The notes beneath the pieces were generated by a model that was given only the letters and a program-made list of their open reading frames with translations, searched no databases and was not told the origin of the DNA. This document shows, piece after piece, positions 1 through 10,058 of a DNA stretch of 64,000 nt. The first letter of the stretch is position 1; each line of letters opens with the position of its first letter. Both the position numbers and the translations under genes were made by a program. Source of the stretch: a virus (taxonomy: Duplodnaviria; Caudoviricetes); the IMG/VR virus record IMGVR_UViG_3300017909_001210, positions 1 through 64,000 of that record; one strand, given 5' to 3'.

Positions 1-38
1 CAATTATCTAGACCTAAACAGCCTGGAGGTAAAGGGTA

Positions 39-758
39 ATGGCTACACAACTATTTAAAAACTTTCCCGACATTCAATACACTTTAGATAGTGGTAAAGT
101 AATTACCATAAAAGATTTCTTTAGGAAATCTAAAATAGAACAATCTGCAGTTAACAGTGTTATTGATTATGAATACTTAGAGTTAATGGAAGGAGATAGA
201 CCTGATGTTGTTGCAACAAAACTTTATGGTGACGGAGATTTACACTGGACTTTTTTCTTAGTTAATAACTGGAACAACTATTATGAATGGTGGAAAGATA
301 ACCAAGAGTTTGAACAATATCTAAACAAGTATTATTCAGGTCAGTATTTAACTGCATACAATAAAACAGATATCGTAGGTGCAAGTAATAAATTTTTATT
401 AGGTGAAACTGTTTCATGTTTAAGAAATGGTGTCACAATCGAAGGTGTAGTAAATGAAGTGCAACCTAACTTTGCAAGAATAGGAATTGAGGGTGGAGAA
501 TTCAGAGGTGGTGAACAGGTCACTGGTGATGTAAGTGGTCACTCACTAACTATTAAAGACGCAATTAGAAAGTTAGACGGAACTGCATATTATTATAACG
601 GAAACCACAAATCAAATGTTTTCTCTAATGGTATGTTTGAGAAATCAATCTATGATGACGAATGGGAAAAGAACGAAGAGAAAAGAAGTATTAAAGTGAT
701 TAAACCTCAATACGTAAGAAGAGTAGTTAGAGAGTTTAATAAAGTAATGAGTGCATAA
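39..758 (+). CDS. gp53: Baseplate wedge subunit, T4 gp53-like
   Basis: N-terminal F..FP.I.Y, RPDVVATKLYGD..LHW..FL.N motif typical of gp53; position before hub and gp5 genes. Confidence 0.85.
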   Translation: MATQLFKNFPDIQYTLDSGKVITIKDFFRKSKIEQSAVNSVIDYEYLELMEGDRPDVVATKLYGDGDLHWTFFLVNNWNNYYEWWKDNQEFEQYLNKYYSGQYLTAYNKTDIVGASNKFLLGETVSCLRNGVTIEGVVNEVQPNFARIGIEGGEFRGGEQVTGDVSGHSLTIKDAIRKLDGTAYYYNGNHKSNVFSNGMFEKSIYDDEWEKNEEKRSIKVIKPQYVRRVVREFNKVMSA

Positions 759-2197
759 TGTCCACAAAAGGAAATTTTAAAGCTGGTGAATTCAGTATTG
801 AATCACTTGCAATTGTAAATCAAGATAACGAGTCTGTAGATATAACAGACCTCACTATGGGGGTCACGTTATTCGAATCAATTTATAATAAATTTATTAC
901 AGGTAATGTAAATGTTTTAGACGGATTGAATCTATTAGGAAACTATAGATTTACTGGACAAGAATACATTCGTGTTTCAGTTGCACAAAAAGAAGGTCTT
1001 GGTCAAGAACCTGAAAAGAAATATACAATCGACAAAACTTTTAGAATCTATAAAGTTGAAAATGTCAAAAGACCAAAAGAGGCCTCTCAAATGTATCAAC
1101 TTAGATTTTGTGACCCAAGAATGTTCTTCTGTAGAAAGAAACGTTTAAGTAAAATGTTTAGGGGTTCATATGAAACAATGTTGCAACAAGCATTAATTGA
1201 AGATGCAAAAATTAAACCACAAGAGTTTGATTGGTTTGAAGAAACAGAACCAAAGAACTTACAATTCATATGTCCTAACTGGACTGTTTCGAAGTTTATT
1301 GATTACGTAGTTAACGAAGCAAACATTGGTGAACAAGCAGAATGGAAGAATGGTATGTTTTTCTTTCAAACACTAAATGGTGGATTTAGATTTAGTTCGA
1401 TTGACACTATGTTAAAACGTGAGTTCCCAGTTCCATTTTCATACAGACCAAGAAGTGGGGAAGAAACTGAACTCTTAGATTTAAATGCAAAAGGTGGTTT
1501 AAACTCTCAGATAAAATCTTTTTATATACCACAACAATTTGATACACTTAGAGGAACAGCTAAAGGTGCATATTCTTCTATGCAGAAAACATATGACCCA
1601 ATCAGAAAACAAGAGGTTGAGTTTGTATATGATTTAGAAAAGACAATGAAACGTGGTAAACACTTATCAGGATTCCCTTTAATAAGAACAGGTGAAATGG
1701 AAAAGTCATTAACAACTGAGAATCAAATTGACCCTACGATATCACCTGCTGTGACAGAAGTAGATATTGATTTTGCACCAAACGAATCATACGATAGTAA
1801 TGTTAGATATGATTTTACAAGTTCACACTTATTTGACAATGAAGATACACTAGGAAATGACGAAGTGTTCCAAGGATACAAGTCAGTTGATAATGCAAGA
1901 TTAGAAAGACGTGCATTAATGGAAATACTACAACAAAACAGAATTGTAGTGACCATTCCTATGAGAACAGACTTAACAGTGGGTAATGTTATTCAATTGG
2001 AAATACCACAACCCGAACCAACAAACAAAGAAGACAAACTAAATGACGGAAGATATCTTATAACTGATTTATCTATTATTATGAGTATACCTAACAAACA
2101 AGGTGAAATGCACCTAGAGTGTGTTAAAGAAAGTTTTGCAAATAAGATTGTTGACGTAAAACCATTACAAGAAGTAGAACCTGCGGAAGAAATATAG
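758..2197 (+). CDS. Probable baseplate hub protein (gp27-like position)
   Basis: 479 aa between gp53 and gp5; 'LFESIYNKFITGNVNVLDGLNLL...GQEYI' resembles hub N-termini of marine T4-like phages. Mostly synteny. Confidence 0.6.
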   Translation: MSTKGNFKAGEFSIESLAIVNQDNESVDITDLTMGVTLFESIYNKFITGNVNVLDGLNLLGNYRFTGQEYIRVSVAQKEGLGQEPEKKYTIDKTFRIYKVENVKRPKEASQMYQLRFCDPRMFFCRKKRLSKMFRGSYETMLQQALIEDAKIKPQEFDWFEETEPKNLQFICPNWTVSKFIDYVVNEANIGEQAEWKNGMFFFQTLNGGFRFSSIDTMLKREFPVPFSYRPRSGEETELLDLNAKGGLNSQIKSFYIPQQFDTLRGTAKGAYSSMQKTYDPIRKQEVEFVYDLEKTMKRGKHLSGFPLIRTGEMEKSLTTENQIDPTISPAVTEVDIDFAPNESYDSNVRYDFTSSHLFDNEDTLGNDEVFQGYKSVDNARLERRALMEILQQNRIVVTIPMRTDLTVGNVIQLEIPQPEPTNKEDKLNDGRYLITDLSIIMSIPNKQGEMHLECVKESFANKIVDVKPLQEVEPAEEI

Positions 2198-3447
2198 TGA
2201 AACATTTTTTTGGAATAGTAGAAGACAGACATGACCCATTGAAGATAGGAAGGGTTCGTGTTCGTGTCCATGGAATTCATTCAGATAATAAATTAGAATT
2301 ATCTACACCTGATTTACCATGGGCTCAAGTATTACTTCCAACAACTTCTGCTGGTTTGTCAGGTATAGGAATACAACATGGTTTGGTAGAAGGTGCAACA
2401 GTCTTTGGATATTTCAGAGACGAAGCATGTCAAGACCCAATCATATTTGGTGTTGCAACTGGTGTCCCTCAATCGGGATATAAAGTTGATGCATTCGGAA
2501 ATGAATTATCAAGAAGTGTTGATAAAGGTTTCAATGACCCACGTAGATTAACAGTTGCAGATTATGAGGGAACACCTGATGCACCGAACCCCGAACAGGA
2601 TTCAAGACGACCACATGGTTTAACAAGTGCAATCGATACACAACCTAAGGCACCAAAAGAAATAACAATTAATTATGATGCAACGGGTTCTACAATTACG
2701 GAAGGAGAAATCACTGAAGATATGCTTCCCTACTACCCATTATACACTGGAGAGTCAGATGTGTCAAGTCTTGCACGTGGTGATTCTGTATTAGATAAAA
2801 AGATTGAGATTGAAGGACATACATTCCCCGACTCAGTTGCAAAACCATTATATCCATATAACAAAGTGTATCAATCAGAGTCAGGTCATGTCATAGAGAT
2901 AGACGATACAGTTGGTAAAGAAAGAATATCTCAATATCATAGGTCAGGAACATTTCAGGAAGTTCACCCTGATGGAAGTGTAGTGCAACGAATCGTAAAT
3001 GATAATTATCAGATAGTTGCAAAGGACGATAAGATTTATATAGCTGGTAATGCAGACTTAACAGTAGAAAAAGGAAACGTGACAATCAATGTTAACACTG
3101 GTAATGTAGATATGAAAGTGTTAAAAGGTAATGTCACCTCAGAGATTACAGAAGGAAATCTAAAAGCAGATATCCTCAAAGGAACAACAGACGTATTATC
3201 AGAAGGTAAGATTACAATCACTGGTAATAACACAACAGAAATTATATCAGACACAACAGTCACGGGAACACTTACAGTATCGGGTGCAACTACTTTACAA
3301 TCGACATTAGATGTCACTGGTAAACAGACAAATTCAAGTAGTATTACTGCAAGTGGAGAAGTTCAAGGTAAGGGTGTTAAACTTTCAACACATACACATA
3401 AAATTGCTTCAGGTTCTTCTGCTGGAAATACATTAAAACCTAATTAG
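2197..3447 (+). CDS. gp5: Baseplate central spike gp5-like (OB-fold + beta-helix, no lysozyme domain)
   Basis: FFGIVEDRHDPLKIGRVRVRVHG OB-fold start; YPYNKVYQSESGHVIEIDDT..ERI motif; V/T/G-rich beta-helix; C-terminal HTH. First codon at 2197 is GTG. Confidence 0.9.
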   Translation: MKHFFGIVEDRHDPLKIGRVRVRVHGIHSDNKLELSTPDLPWAQVLLPTTSAGLSGIGIQHGLVEGATVFGYFRDEACQDPIIFGVATGVPQSGYKVDAFGNELSRSVDKGFNDPRRLTVADYEGTPDAPNPEQDSRRPHGLTSAIDTQPKAPKEITINYDATGSTITEGEITEDMLPYYPLYTGESDVSSLARGDSVLDKKIEIEGHTFPDSVAKPLYPYNKVYQSESGHVIEIDDTVGKERISQYHRSGTFQEVHPDGSVVQRIVNDNYQIVAKDDKIYIAGNADLTVEKGNVTINVNTGNVDMKVLKGNVTSEITEGNLKADILKGTTDVLSEGKITITGNNTTEIISDTTVTGTLTVSGATTLQSTLDVTGKQTNSSSITASGEVQGKGVKLSTHTHKIASGSSAGNTLKPN

Positions 3448-3451
3448 TTTG

Positions 3452-3459
3452 TATAAATA
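3452..3459 (+). promoter_or_regulatory. T4-type late promoter TATAAATA
   Basis: Exact consensus 5 nt before the gp25 ATG; gp55 sigma is encoded in the window. Confidence 0.8.
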
Positions 3460-3464
3460 GATAT

Positions 3465-3884
3465 ATGGTAGACTTAGTAAATAACGGAAAGACAGTTGCA
3501 ACGAAAGATATCTATGCAGATTTAGATATCTTCTTTCGTAGACACCCAATCACTGGTGACATAGTCAGAAAGACTGATACAGACGCAATCAAAAGGTCTG
3601 TTAGAAACATAGTCATGACCAACAAATTTGAAAGACCCTTTAAACCCAACTTTGGTGGTTCAATCAGAAACAAATTATTTGAATTAAATACTGATAGACA
3701 ACTAAACAGAATGAGAAGGAACCTTGCAAAAGAAATAGAACAATTAGAACCTCGTGTTAATAATGTAAATGTAGTTTTTGGTGACTTGGAAGACTCAAAC
3801 AATTTAGATGTCACTATCTTTTATAACATTACAAATGGAGCTCCACAACAAGAGGTTGAAATAACAGTTTCAAGGACACGATAA
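3465..3884 (+). CDS. gp25: Baseplate wedge subunit gp25
   Basis: YADLD..F..HP.TGD...AIKRSVRNIV.T...ERPF.P.FG...EPRV motif. Confidence 0.92.
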   Translation: MVDLVNNGKTVATKDIYADLDIFFRRHPITGDIVRKTDTDAIKRSVRNIVMTNKFERPFKPNFGGSIRNKLFELNTDRQLNRMRRNLAKEIEQLEPRVNNVNVVFGDLEDSNNLDVTIFYNITNGAPQQEVEITVSRTR

Positions 3885-5755
3885 TGGCAGTAAAAAGTTC
3901 AAACCTACAGATAACCGATTTAGATTTCGATAACATTGCAGATAACCTTAAGAACTATCTTAAAGGTCAAGAACAATTCAAGGATTATAACTTTGAAGGT
4001 TCTAGTATGTCAGTTCTTATCGACTTACTTGCATATGCATCTCACATTGGTGCAGTAAACACTAACATTGCAGCTTCTGAATTATTTTTAGATTCTGCAC
4101 AAATCAGAAAGAACGTTGTATCACGTGCAAAAGATTTAGGTTTTGTTCCTGCTTCTGAATCATGTTCTTCTGCATTCATTGATTTAGAAATGAAGAACGT
4201 AAGAAATGCAGACGGAACTCAACCAACAACTACAGAGATGCAATTACTTAGAGGAACAAACTTTGTGACTGTCTTTGACGGAAGTTCATATAACTTTGTA
4301 GTGACTTCTACTAAAAGACCAACACAAAATAATTTATCATACAATTATAACAACGTTGAAATTGTTCAAGGAACATATGCACAAGATTCATTTATCTTTG
4401 ATAACCAAATTGCAAATCCAAAGTTTGTATTATCAAATGAAAGAGTAGACAAATCACGAATGATAGTAACTGTGACTTCGAATGGAGTTGCAGAAACTTA
4501 TACACTTTCAACAGGTATATCAAATATATCAACCGAATCAAAAGTCTATTATGCACAAGAGAACGAAGAAGGATATGTAGAGATTTACTTTGGTGACGGA
4601 ACACTAGGTAAAGCATTATCAGACGGAGATATTATAGACGTGACTTATATCATAGTTGACGAAATTCATGCGAATGGTGCAAGTCAATTTGTTCTAAGTG
4701 GAACAGTCAATGGTTTCTCAAACTCTCATGTCACTAATGTGACAAAAGCAAGTGGTGGTGCAGAGAAAGAATCAATCGAATCAATCAAGTTTAAAGCAAC
4801 GAAGTTTTACACTTCACAAAACAGACTTGTGACACTTAACGACTATAAAGCAAAAGTTCAAGAATACTATCCAAACGCAGATGCAGTTGCAGTGTGGGGT
4901 GGTGAAGATAACGACCCACCCGAGTATGGTAAAGTGTTTGTTGCACTTAAACCACAAAACTCAGACTATCTATCAGATACAGAAAAAGAATTAGTCAAAT
5001 CAAAACTAAATGCATTAAACATGTTAACAGTTAGACCACAAGTAATAGATGCAGAGATAGTTAAAATACTTGTGACTTGTGTATTCAAGTATAACGAGAA
5101 TGCAACAGACTTATCAATCGGTGAGTTAGAAGCAATCGTAAACACTGCAATTCAAAAATTCGATGCAGACAATTTAAACAACTTTGATGCAATCTTTAGA
5201 CATTCAAATCTATTAAAAGCAGTTGACGATAGTAATACTTCTATTCTATCAAATACATGTAATATTAGATTAAGAAAAAGAAAAGATATCTTAGTTAGTG
5301 AAACCAAAGGTTATTCAGTGACTTTTGGTAATGCATTGTATAATCCACATGGTGGACACAATGCAAGTTCAGGTGGTATCACAACCACAACAGGTTTCTA
5401 TGTCTCAGGTGACTCAGTCAATATTCAATATTTTGATGATGACGGAAATGGTAATCTCAGAAGATATTACCTATCAGGGTCAACTAGGATATATCAGGAT
5501 AGTTCAGCTGGAATAGTTGACTATGCTTTAGGAAAGATTACAATCAATGCAATTCAGATTACCTCAACAGTTAATACTGATTCATCGATTGACTTCACTG
5601 TAGTCCCTTCAGGAAATGACGTAGTTGCAACTAGAGGTAATCTAGTTGACATATCTACTGATGACATTAAGGTGACTGGTGAAGTAGACACCATTGCAAG
5701 TGGTGAAAGTAGTGCTGGTGTAGGGTATACTTCTACCTCAACCAGTAATTATTAA
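3884..5755 (+). CDS. gp6: Baseplate wedge subunit gp6
   Basis: DLDFDNI..NLKNYLK.Q..F.DYNFEGS, SAQIRKNVVS.AK.LG, QNRLVT..DY motifs. Confidence 0.93.
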   Translation: MAVKSSNLQITDLDFDNIADNLKNYLKGQEQFKDYNFEGSSMSVLIDLLAYASHIGAVNTNIAASELFLDSAQIRKNVVSRAKDLGFVPASESCSSAFIDLEMKNVRNADGTQPTTTEMQLLRGTNFVTVFDGSSYNFVVTSTKRPTQNNLSYNYNNVEIVQGTYAQDSFIFDNQIANPKFVLSNERVDKSRMIVTVTSNGVAETYTLSTGISNISTESKVYYAQENEEGYVEIYFGDGTLGKALSDGDIIDVTYIIVDEIHANGASQFVLSGTVNGFSNSHVTNVTKASGGAEKESIESIKFKATKFYTSQNRLVTLNDYKAKVQEYYPNADAVAVWGGEDNDPPEYGKVFVALKPQNSDYLSDTEKELVKSKLNALNMLTVRPQVIDAEIVKILVTCVFKYNENATDLSIGELEAIVNTAIQKFDADNLNNFDAIFRHSNLLKAVDDSNTSILSNTCNIRLRKRKDILVSETKGYSVTFGNALYNPHGGHNASSGGITTTTGFYVSGDSVNIQYFDDDGNGNLRRYYLSGSTRIYQDSSAGIVDYALGKITINAIQITSTVNTDSSIDFTVVPSGNDVVATRGNLVDISTDDIKVTGEVDTIASGESSAGVGYTSTSTSNY

Positions 5756-5826
5756 CAATTATGTGTAAGTGGTCGGGAGTCCCCCGAGTAGTTTCCCATT
5801 CATTTGGATTATAGGAGGAAAATAGA

Positions 5827-6291
5827 ATGGCAGATAAAAAAATTAGTGCATTAACACAAGTGTCTGATACAGATATAGGTGCTGATGATTTACTTCATAT
5901 TGTTGACAACCCAGGCGGAACACCAGTCAACAAAAAAATGACCATTGGTCAGTTATTTGAAAATATCCCTACTCATTTAGCAGTAGACGATATCACTTCA
6001 TTAACTTCAACTGCGTCAAACCTTGCTTCATCTTTTGCAAGTGAAATTACATTGTCAGGTTCAACTGCAGTTGAGTTCACTTTAGATGACGGAACAGACG
6101 TTGGTCAGATTAAAGTAATCTACAAGACAGATAGTTCTTCAGCAGCTGCTGAAGTGACAGTATCATCTTGGGGTTATTCTTCAGATACAACAGACCAAAT
6201 CACTCTTGATGCACAAGGTGAAGCGGTTATTTGTATATGGAATGGTTCAAATTGGTTCCCAATTTCAAACCTAGGTGCAACATTAAGTTAA
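5827..6291 (+). CDS. Hypothetical virion structural protein
   Basis: 154 aa, AGGAGG RBS, MADKKISALT start common in phage structural proteins; inside the baseplate operon. Confidence 0.6.
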   Translation: MADKKISALTQVSDTDIGADDLLHIVDNPGGTPVNKKMTIGQLFENIPTHLAVDDITSLTSTASNLASSFASEITLSGSTAVEFTLDDGTDVGQIKVIYKTDSSSAAAEVTVSSWGYSSDTTDQITLDAQGEAVICIWNGSNWFPISNLGATLS

Positions 6292-6295
6292 GATT

Positions 6296-9200
6296 ATGTC
6301 TAACGATTTTAAAATAGAAAGACTTACCGATAGGTTAACGAACCTCTTACCTAGTTATATCAAGGAAGAGGCTCCAGTCTTTGAACTATTTTTAAAATCA
6401 TACTTTGAATATCTAGAAAGTGAAATCATTACACTTTCTGCTCAAGGTGAACTAGACGGAATCATGTTGGAAGACAGTTCGGGGTCAGTTCTTGCTGAAC
6501 CCCAAACTGTTCGACCTTCACCTGATGAAGACACTTCAAAATTATTACAAGAATCAACAGGTGCAAATCCAAACGCAACTGCCGACCCATGGAAAGTGGG
6601 TGAATATGTAGTTGGTTCAGTATCAAAGTCAGTTGCAAAGATTACTTCCGTAAATGGATTACAAATTTACGTAAACTCAATTTCAGGTTTTGGTTTCTCA
6701 GAGGGAGAAACTATTACAGGAAGAAAGTCAAAACAAACAGGAACAGTTAGTGGTTATAAAGAGAATACCATTATTGCAAACAATAAGATATTAGATTACT
6801 CAGATATCGATAGAACTTCAGAAGACTTTCTTCAACATTTCCAAACAGATTTTTTACCTTCGTTAGACCTTAAACAAACACAAAACAAAAGGTTAACGAT
6901 TAAAGGTATATCAGATTTATACAAAGAAAAGGGAACTGCAGAATCATTAAAGTTCTTAATGAGAATTCTTTATAACGAAGATGCAGAGATTAGATATCCC
7001 GATAACGAAACAATTTACAACTCAGAATCAGATTACTCTCAGAAGAGAAGAGTAAACATTCTAATGACAGACCTAAGAGTTGCACCTTCAGCTACAGACA
7101 AGATAGTTCAATATGATTCAAATAATAGAGTTCTTGCAGAATCAATTGTTGAAAATGTATTTCCGATTGATGTTGAACAGGGTGAATACTCATTAGAGAT
7201 TACAGACAATCATAAAGGTGAGTTTGTATTTAATGAACAAGTATTACTCATTGATAGAGACGGAGTATCACAAACAACTGGAACACTTAAAGGTTTAATC
7301 TCAGATATTATTAACACTAGTTCTTCAACTTATATTAGAAACGAAGAAGAAGATAGTAATTTATTATTCGAAGACGATAGTGGTATTGTATTAGAACAAT
7401 CAAACGTAGGTTCATTGTATTCTTTAAATGATACTATTAACATATCAGGTTCTAAATTAGATACTGGAGCTACAATTGCAAGGACAGTTGTCAATGGTCT
7501 ATTAGAAGGTGGTGTCGACCATATCTATATTGAAGACGGGGGAGCTGGATATGCTGGTGGTGACCTAGTTGTCTTTGAACACGAAGGTCAAGGTAGTGGT
7601 GCAGAAGCAGTTATAGGTGCAGTCGGTGACGAAGTCATTTTAGAGGGTGCAACTGTTTGGGGTCAATACGAATATACTGCAATCGCAGGTGACCCAATTA
7701 TTACTGGAACAGATAACAACGGAAACTATATCGTTTTTAATGACGAAAGTGTTGAAGTGTATCAAGACGGAATCTTGTTAACACCAATTACCGATTATAC
7801 TCATAAAAACGATAGAGTTGTCTTAGTCAATCCACCCGTTGGTGGAGAACTTATAGAAATCTATACAGAAAAAATGCGTCTTTTATCAGAAGACGAAAGT
7901 CCAGTTCAATTAGAAACAACTGCATCACATATTAGAAGTATTAAGATTAAGTCGCCTGGTGCTGGTTTCAAACAAGTTCCTAAAGTATACCCAGGCGGTT
8001 ATATTTACTTTGACGACTTAACAGGTTTTACTGAAGGTGAAGTTGTCACTGGAACAAACTCAAGTGCAACTGCAACTATTCTAAAGATTGACGGAGAAAA
8101 CAAAAGATTAATTGTTAAAAGATTATCAACTGATACAGGTGCATTCCAAAGTGGTGAAGAAATTACTGGTGGAAACTCAAATACAGTTAGACTAAACAAA
8201 CAAGCAGTAGTGTCAAGTGGTGAAGGTGCGAAACTATTTGCATATTCAGATACTATTGGTGGTGTAGGTTCATTGAACATTCAAGAACAAGGTAATGGAT
8301 TTAACTATGACGGAGTTATGGATTCAACTTCATACTTCCCTATGTTGATTACTACACCAACTGCAAACCTTACAAAAGATATTGTTCTAACAGGAAGAAT
8401 TTCAGGTTCAACTGCAAAGGTTGTGTCTTATGATTCAGATAGACATATATTAACTTACACTGATTTAAATGGATGTTTCTTATCAGAAGAAACTGTAGAC
8501 TTCAATAATGTCGATACATTTAAGATTTTAAAATCAAATCCATATCAAGCAAGAGGTAAAGTTGCTGGTGAGGGTGTGATACAAGAACAATTACTTGGAG
8601 ATAAATCTACACTTGATGCAAGTGCAAGTAATATACAAGACGGAAAATTCTATCAGACACATTCATATGTGATTAAGGTTGGTGAAAGTATAAACAAATA
8701 TAGGTCAGTTGTCAAGGACTTATTACACCCAGCTGGTCATATATTCTTTGGTGAGGTTGCAATCAAACAAACAATCAACAATGAGATTGAAGAACAAATT
8801 AGATTTAGACCAACTATTGTTATTCATGAAGCACCAGTATTAACACAACCAAATGCCTTTGCAAACTCAATGAGAAAGATTCTTCTTTGGACTACTGAAG
8901 AAGAAATGAATGACCCATTGGTTGTTTTACAAGACGCAGGTGTTCCAACACCTGAAACAGACCCAAGAACTGGTCTTGCAATCACTGAACCATTTACAGA
9001 ATATGGTGATTCTTCACATAGAAACAGACACTTAAATATATTTAAAATTCAAAACTTTGTAGTAGGAACTACAAGTAGACCTTATAGACAAGAACAAACT
9101 AGTGGGGTCGATATAATAAACGTGTCAGTTGTCAACAATGGTCAACAAAATGTTTTTCAGATAGACGGAGTGAATCAAAAATCACTTTTATTAAACAAAG

Positions 9201-10018
9201 GACACATTTATCATTTTATTCACCCAACAGGTCACCCATTTAAATTTTCTACAACTTCAAATGGAACACATGGTGGTGGAAGTGAATACACTACAGGTGT
9301 TCATGTAAGAGGAGATAACATAGTAGAATTGAGAACTGATAACAATACACCTAATAATCTATATTACTATTGTGCATTACATAGTGGTATGGGTGCAAGT
9401 ATTGGAACAATGTTTGTTGAATACAACACTTCAATTGCAATTGATACAGCAGACCATGATTACTTAGTAAGAAGTAATGAGAGAAGACCTTCATATGAAG
9501 GAAGAATAATTTCAGTTGGAAGTCAACAAGACGAAGTATTCTTAATGGAAGACGGATATAAATTCTTATATGAAGAAGAGGTATATCACTTTGGTTTAGA
9601 ACCAAGTATTACAGAACAAGCAGCTGGAGAAGTTGTAGGTGATTCATTATTATTTGAAGATAACAGTCAAATCATAATGGAAGATGCAACGTTTGATGAT
9701 ATACAAGATAACTATATCTCAACTGAGAGAACTTCAATCATAAGTCATGCACCTTTAGGAGGGACTTTTAGAAGTCTAAATACAATAACAGGACAAAGAG
9801 TTTTTGATATATCATATTATCTAAAAGACGAAACAGATAATGATGATTTTATTTTAGAAGATGGAACAGGTAATATCATGAGTGAAGAATCTAAACCCGA
9901 AGGTTTACGAATCTCAGACCTTGATACCTATTTTCCAAAACATACAGTAGACCACTATTCGGACTTACCAAATTTTAGGACTAATATTGCATTTAGTTCT
10001 TATATAAAGTCTGCATAG
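6296..10018 (+). CDS. gp7: Baseplate wedge initiator gp7-like, with cupredoxin-like insert
   Basis: 1240 aa between gp6 and gp8; P.YIKEE.P.F..FLKSYFEYLE, LYKEKGTAESLKFLMRIL, YQTHSYVIK...HPAG..FFG motifs of marine gp7-like proteins. Confidence 0.75.
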   Translation: MSNDFKIERLTDRLTNLLPSYIKEEAPVFELFLKSYFEYLESEIITLSAQGELDGIMLEDSSGSVLAEPQTVRPSPDEDTSKLLQESTGANPNATADPWKVGEYVVGSVSKSVAKITSVNGLQIYVNSISGFGFSEGETITGRKSKQTGTVSGYKENTIIANNKILDYSDIDRTSEDFLQHFQTDFLPSLDLKQTQNKRLTIKGISDLYKEKGTAESLKFLMRILYNEDAEIRYPDNETIYNSESDYSQKRRVNILMTDLRVAPSATDKIVQYDSNNRVLAESIVENVFPIDVEQGEYSLEITDNHKGEFVFNEQVLLIDRDGVSQTTGTLKGLISDIINTSSSTYIRNEEEDSNLLFEDDSGIVLEQSNVGSLYSLNDTINISGSKLDTGATIARTVVNGLLEGGVDHIYIEDGGAGYAGGDLVVFEHEGQGSGAEAVIGAVGDEVILEGATVWGQYEYTAIAGDPIITGTDNNGNYIVFNDESVEVYQDGILLTPITDYTHKNDRVVLVNPPVGGELIEIYTEKMRLLSEDESPVQLETTASHIRSIKIKSPGAGFKQVPKVYPGGYIYFDDLTGFTEGEVVTGTNSSATATILKIDGENKRLIVKRLSTDTGAFQSGEEITGGNSNTVRLNKQAVVSSGEGAKLFAYSDTIGGVGSLNIQEQGNGFNYDGVMDSTSYFPMLITTPTANLTKDIVLTGRISGSTAKVVSYDSDRHILTYTDLNGCFLSEETVDFNNVDTFKILKSNPYQARGKVAGEGVIQEQLLGDKSTLDASASNIQDGKFYQTHSYVIKVGESINKYRSVVKDLLHPAGHIFFGEVAIKQTINNEIEEQIRFRPTIVIHEAPVLTQPNAFANSMRKILLWTTEEEMNDPLVVLQDAGVPTPETDPRTGLAITEPFTEYGDSSHRNRHLNIFKIQNFVVGTTSRPYRQEQTSGVDIINVSVVNNGQQNVFQIDGVNQKSLLLNKGHIYHFIHPTGHPFKFSTTSNGTHGGGSEYTTGVHVRGDNIVELRTDNNTPNNLYYYCALHSGMGASIGTMFVEYNTSIAIDTADHDYLVRSNERRPSYEGRIISVGSQQDEVFLMEDGYKFLYEEEVYHFGLEPSITEQAAGEVVGDSLLFEDNSQIIMEDATFDDIQDNYISTERTSIISHAPLGGTFRSLNTITGQRVFDISYYLKDETDNDDFILEDGTGNIMSEESKPEGLRISDLDTYFPKHTVDHYSDLPNFRTNIAFSSYIKSA

Positions 10019-10021
10019 TGT

Positions 10022-10040
10022 TATAAATAGTATATAAATA
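10022..10040 (+). promoter_or_regulatory. Tandem late promoters (TATAAATA x2)
   Basis: TATAAATA at 10022-10029 and 10033-10040 upstream of the gp8 RBS (GAGGAG). Confidence 0.75.
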
Positions 10041-10058
10041 ATCTGAGGAGATTAAAAA

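Noticed and set aside
1-38. 3' end of an upstream gene
   Set aside because: Too short to assign a product.
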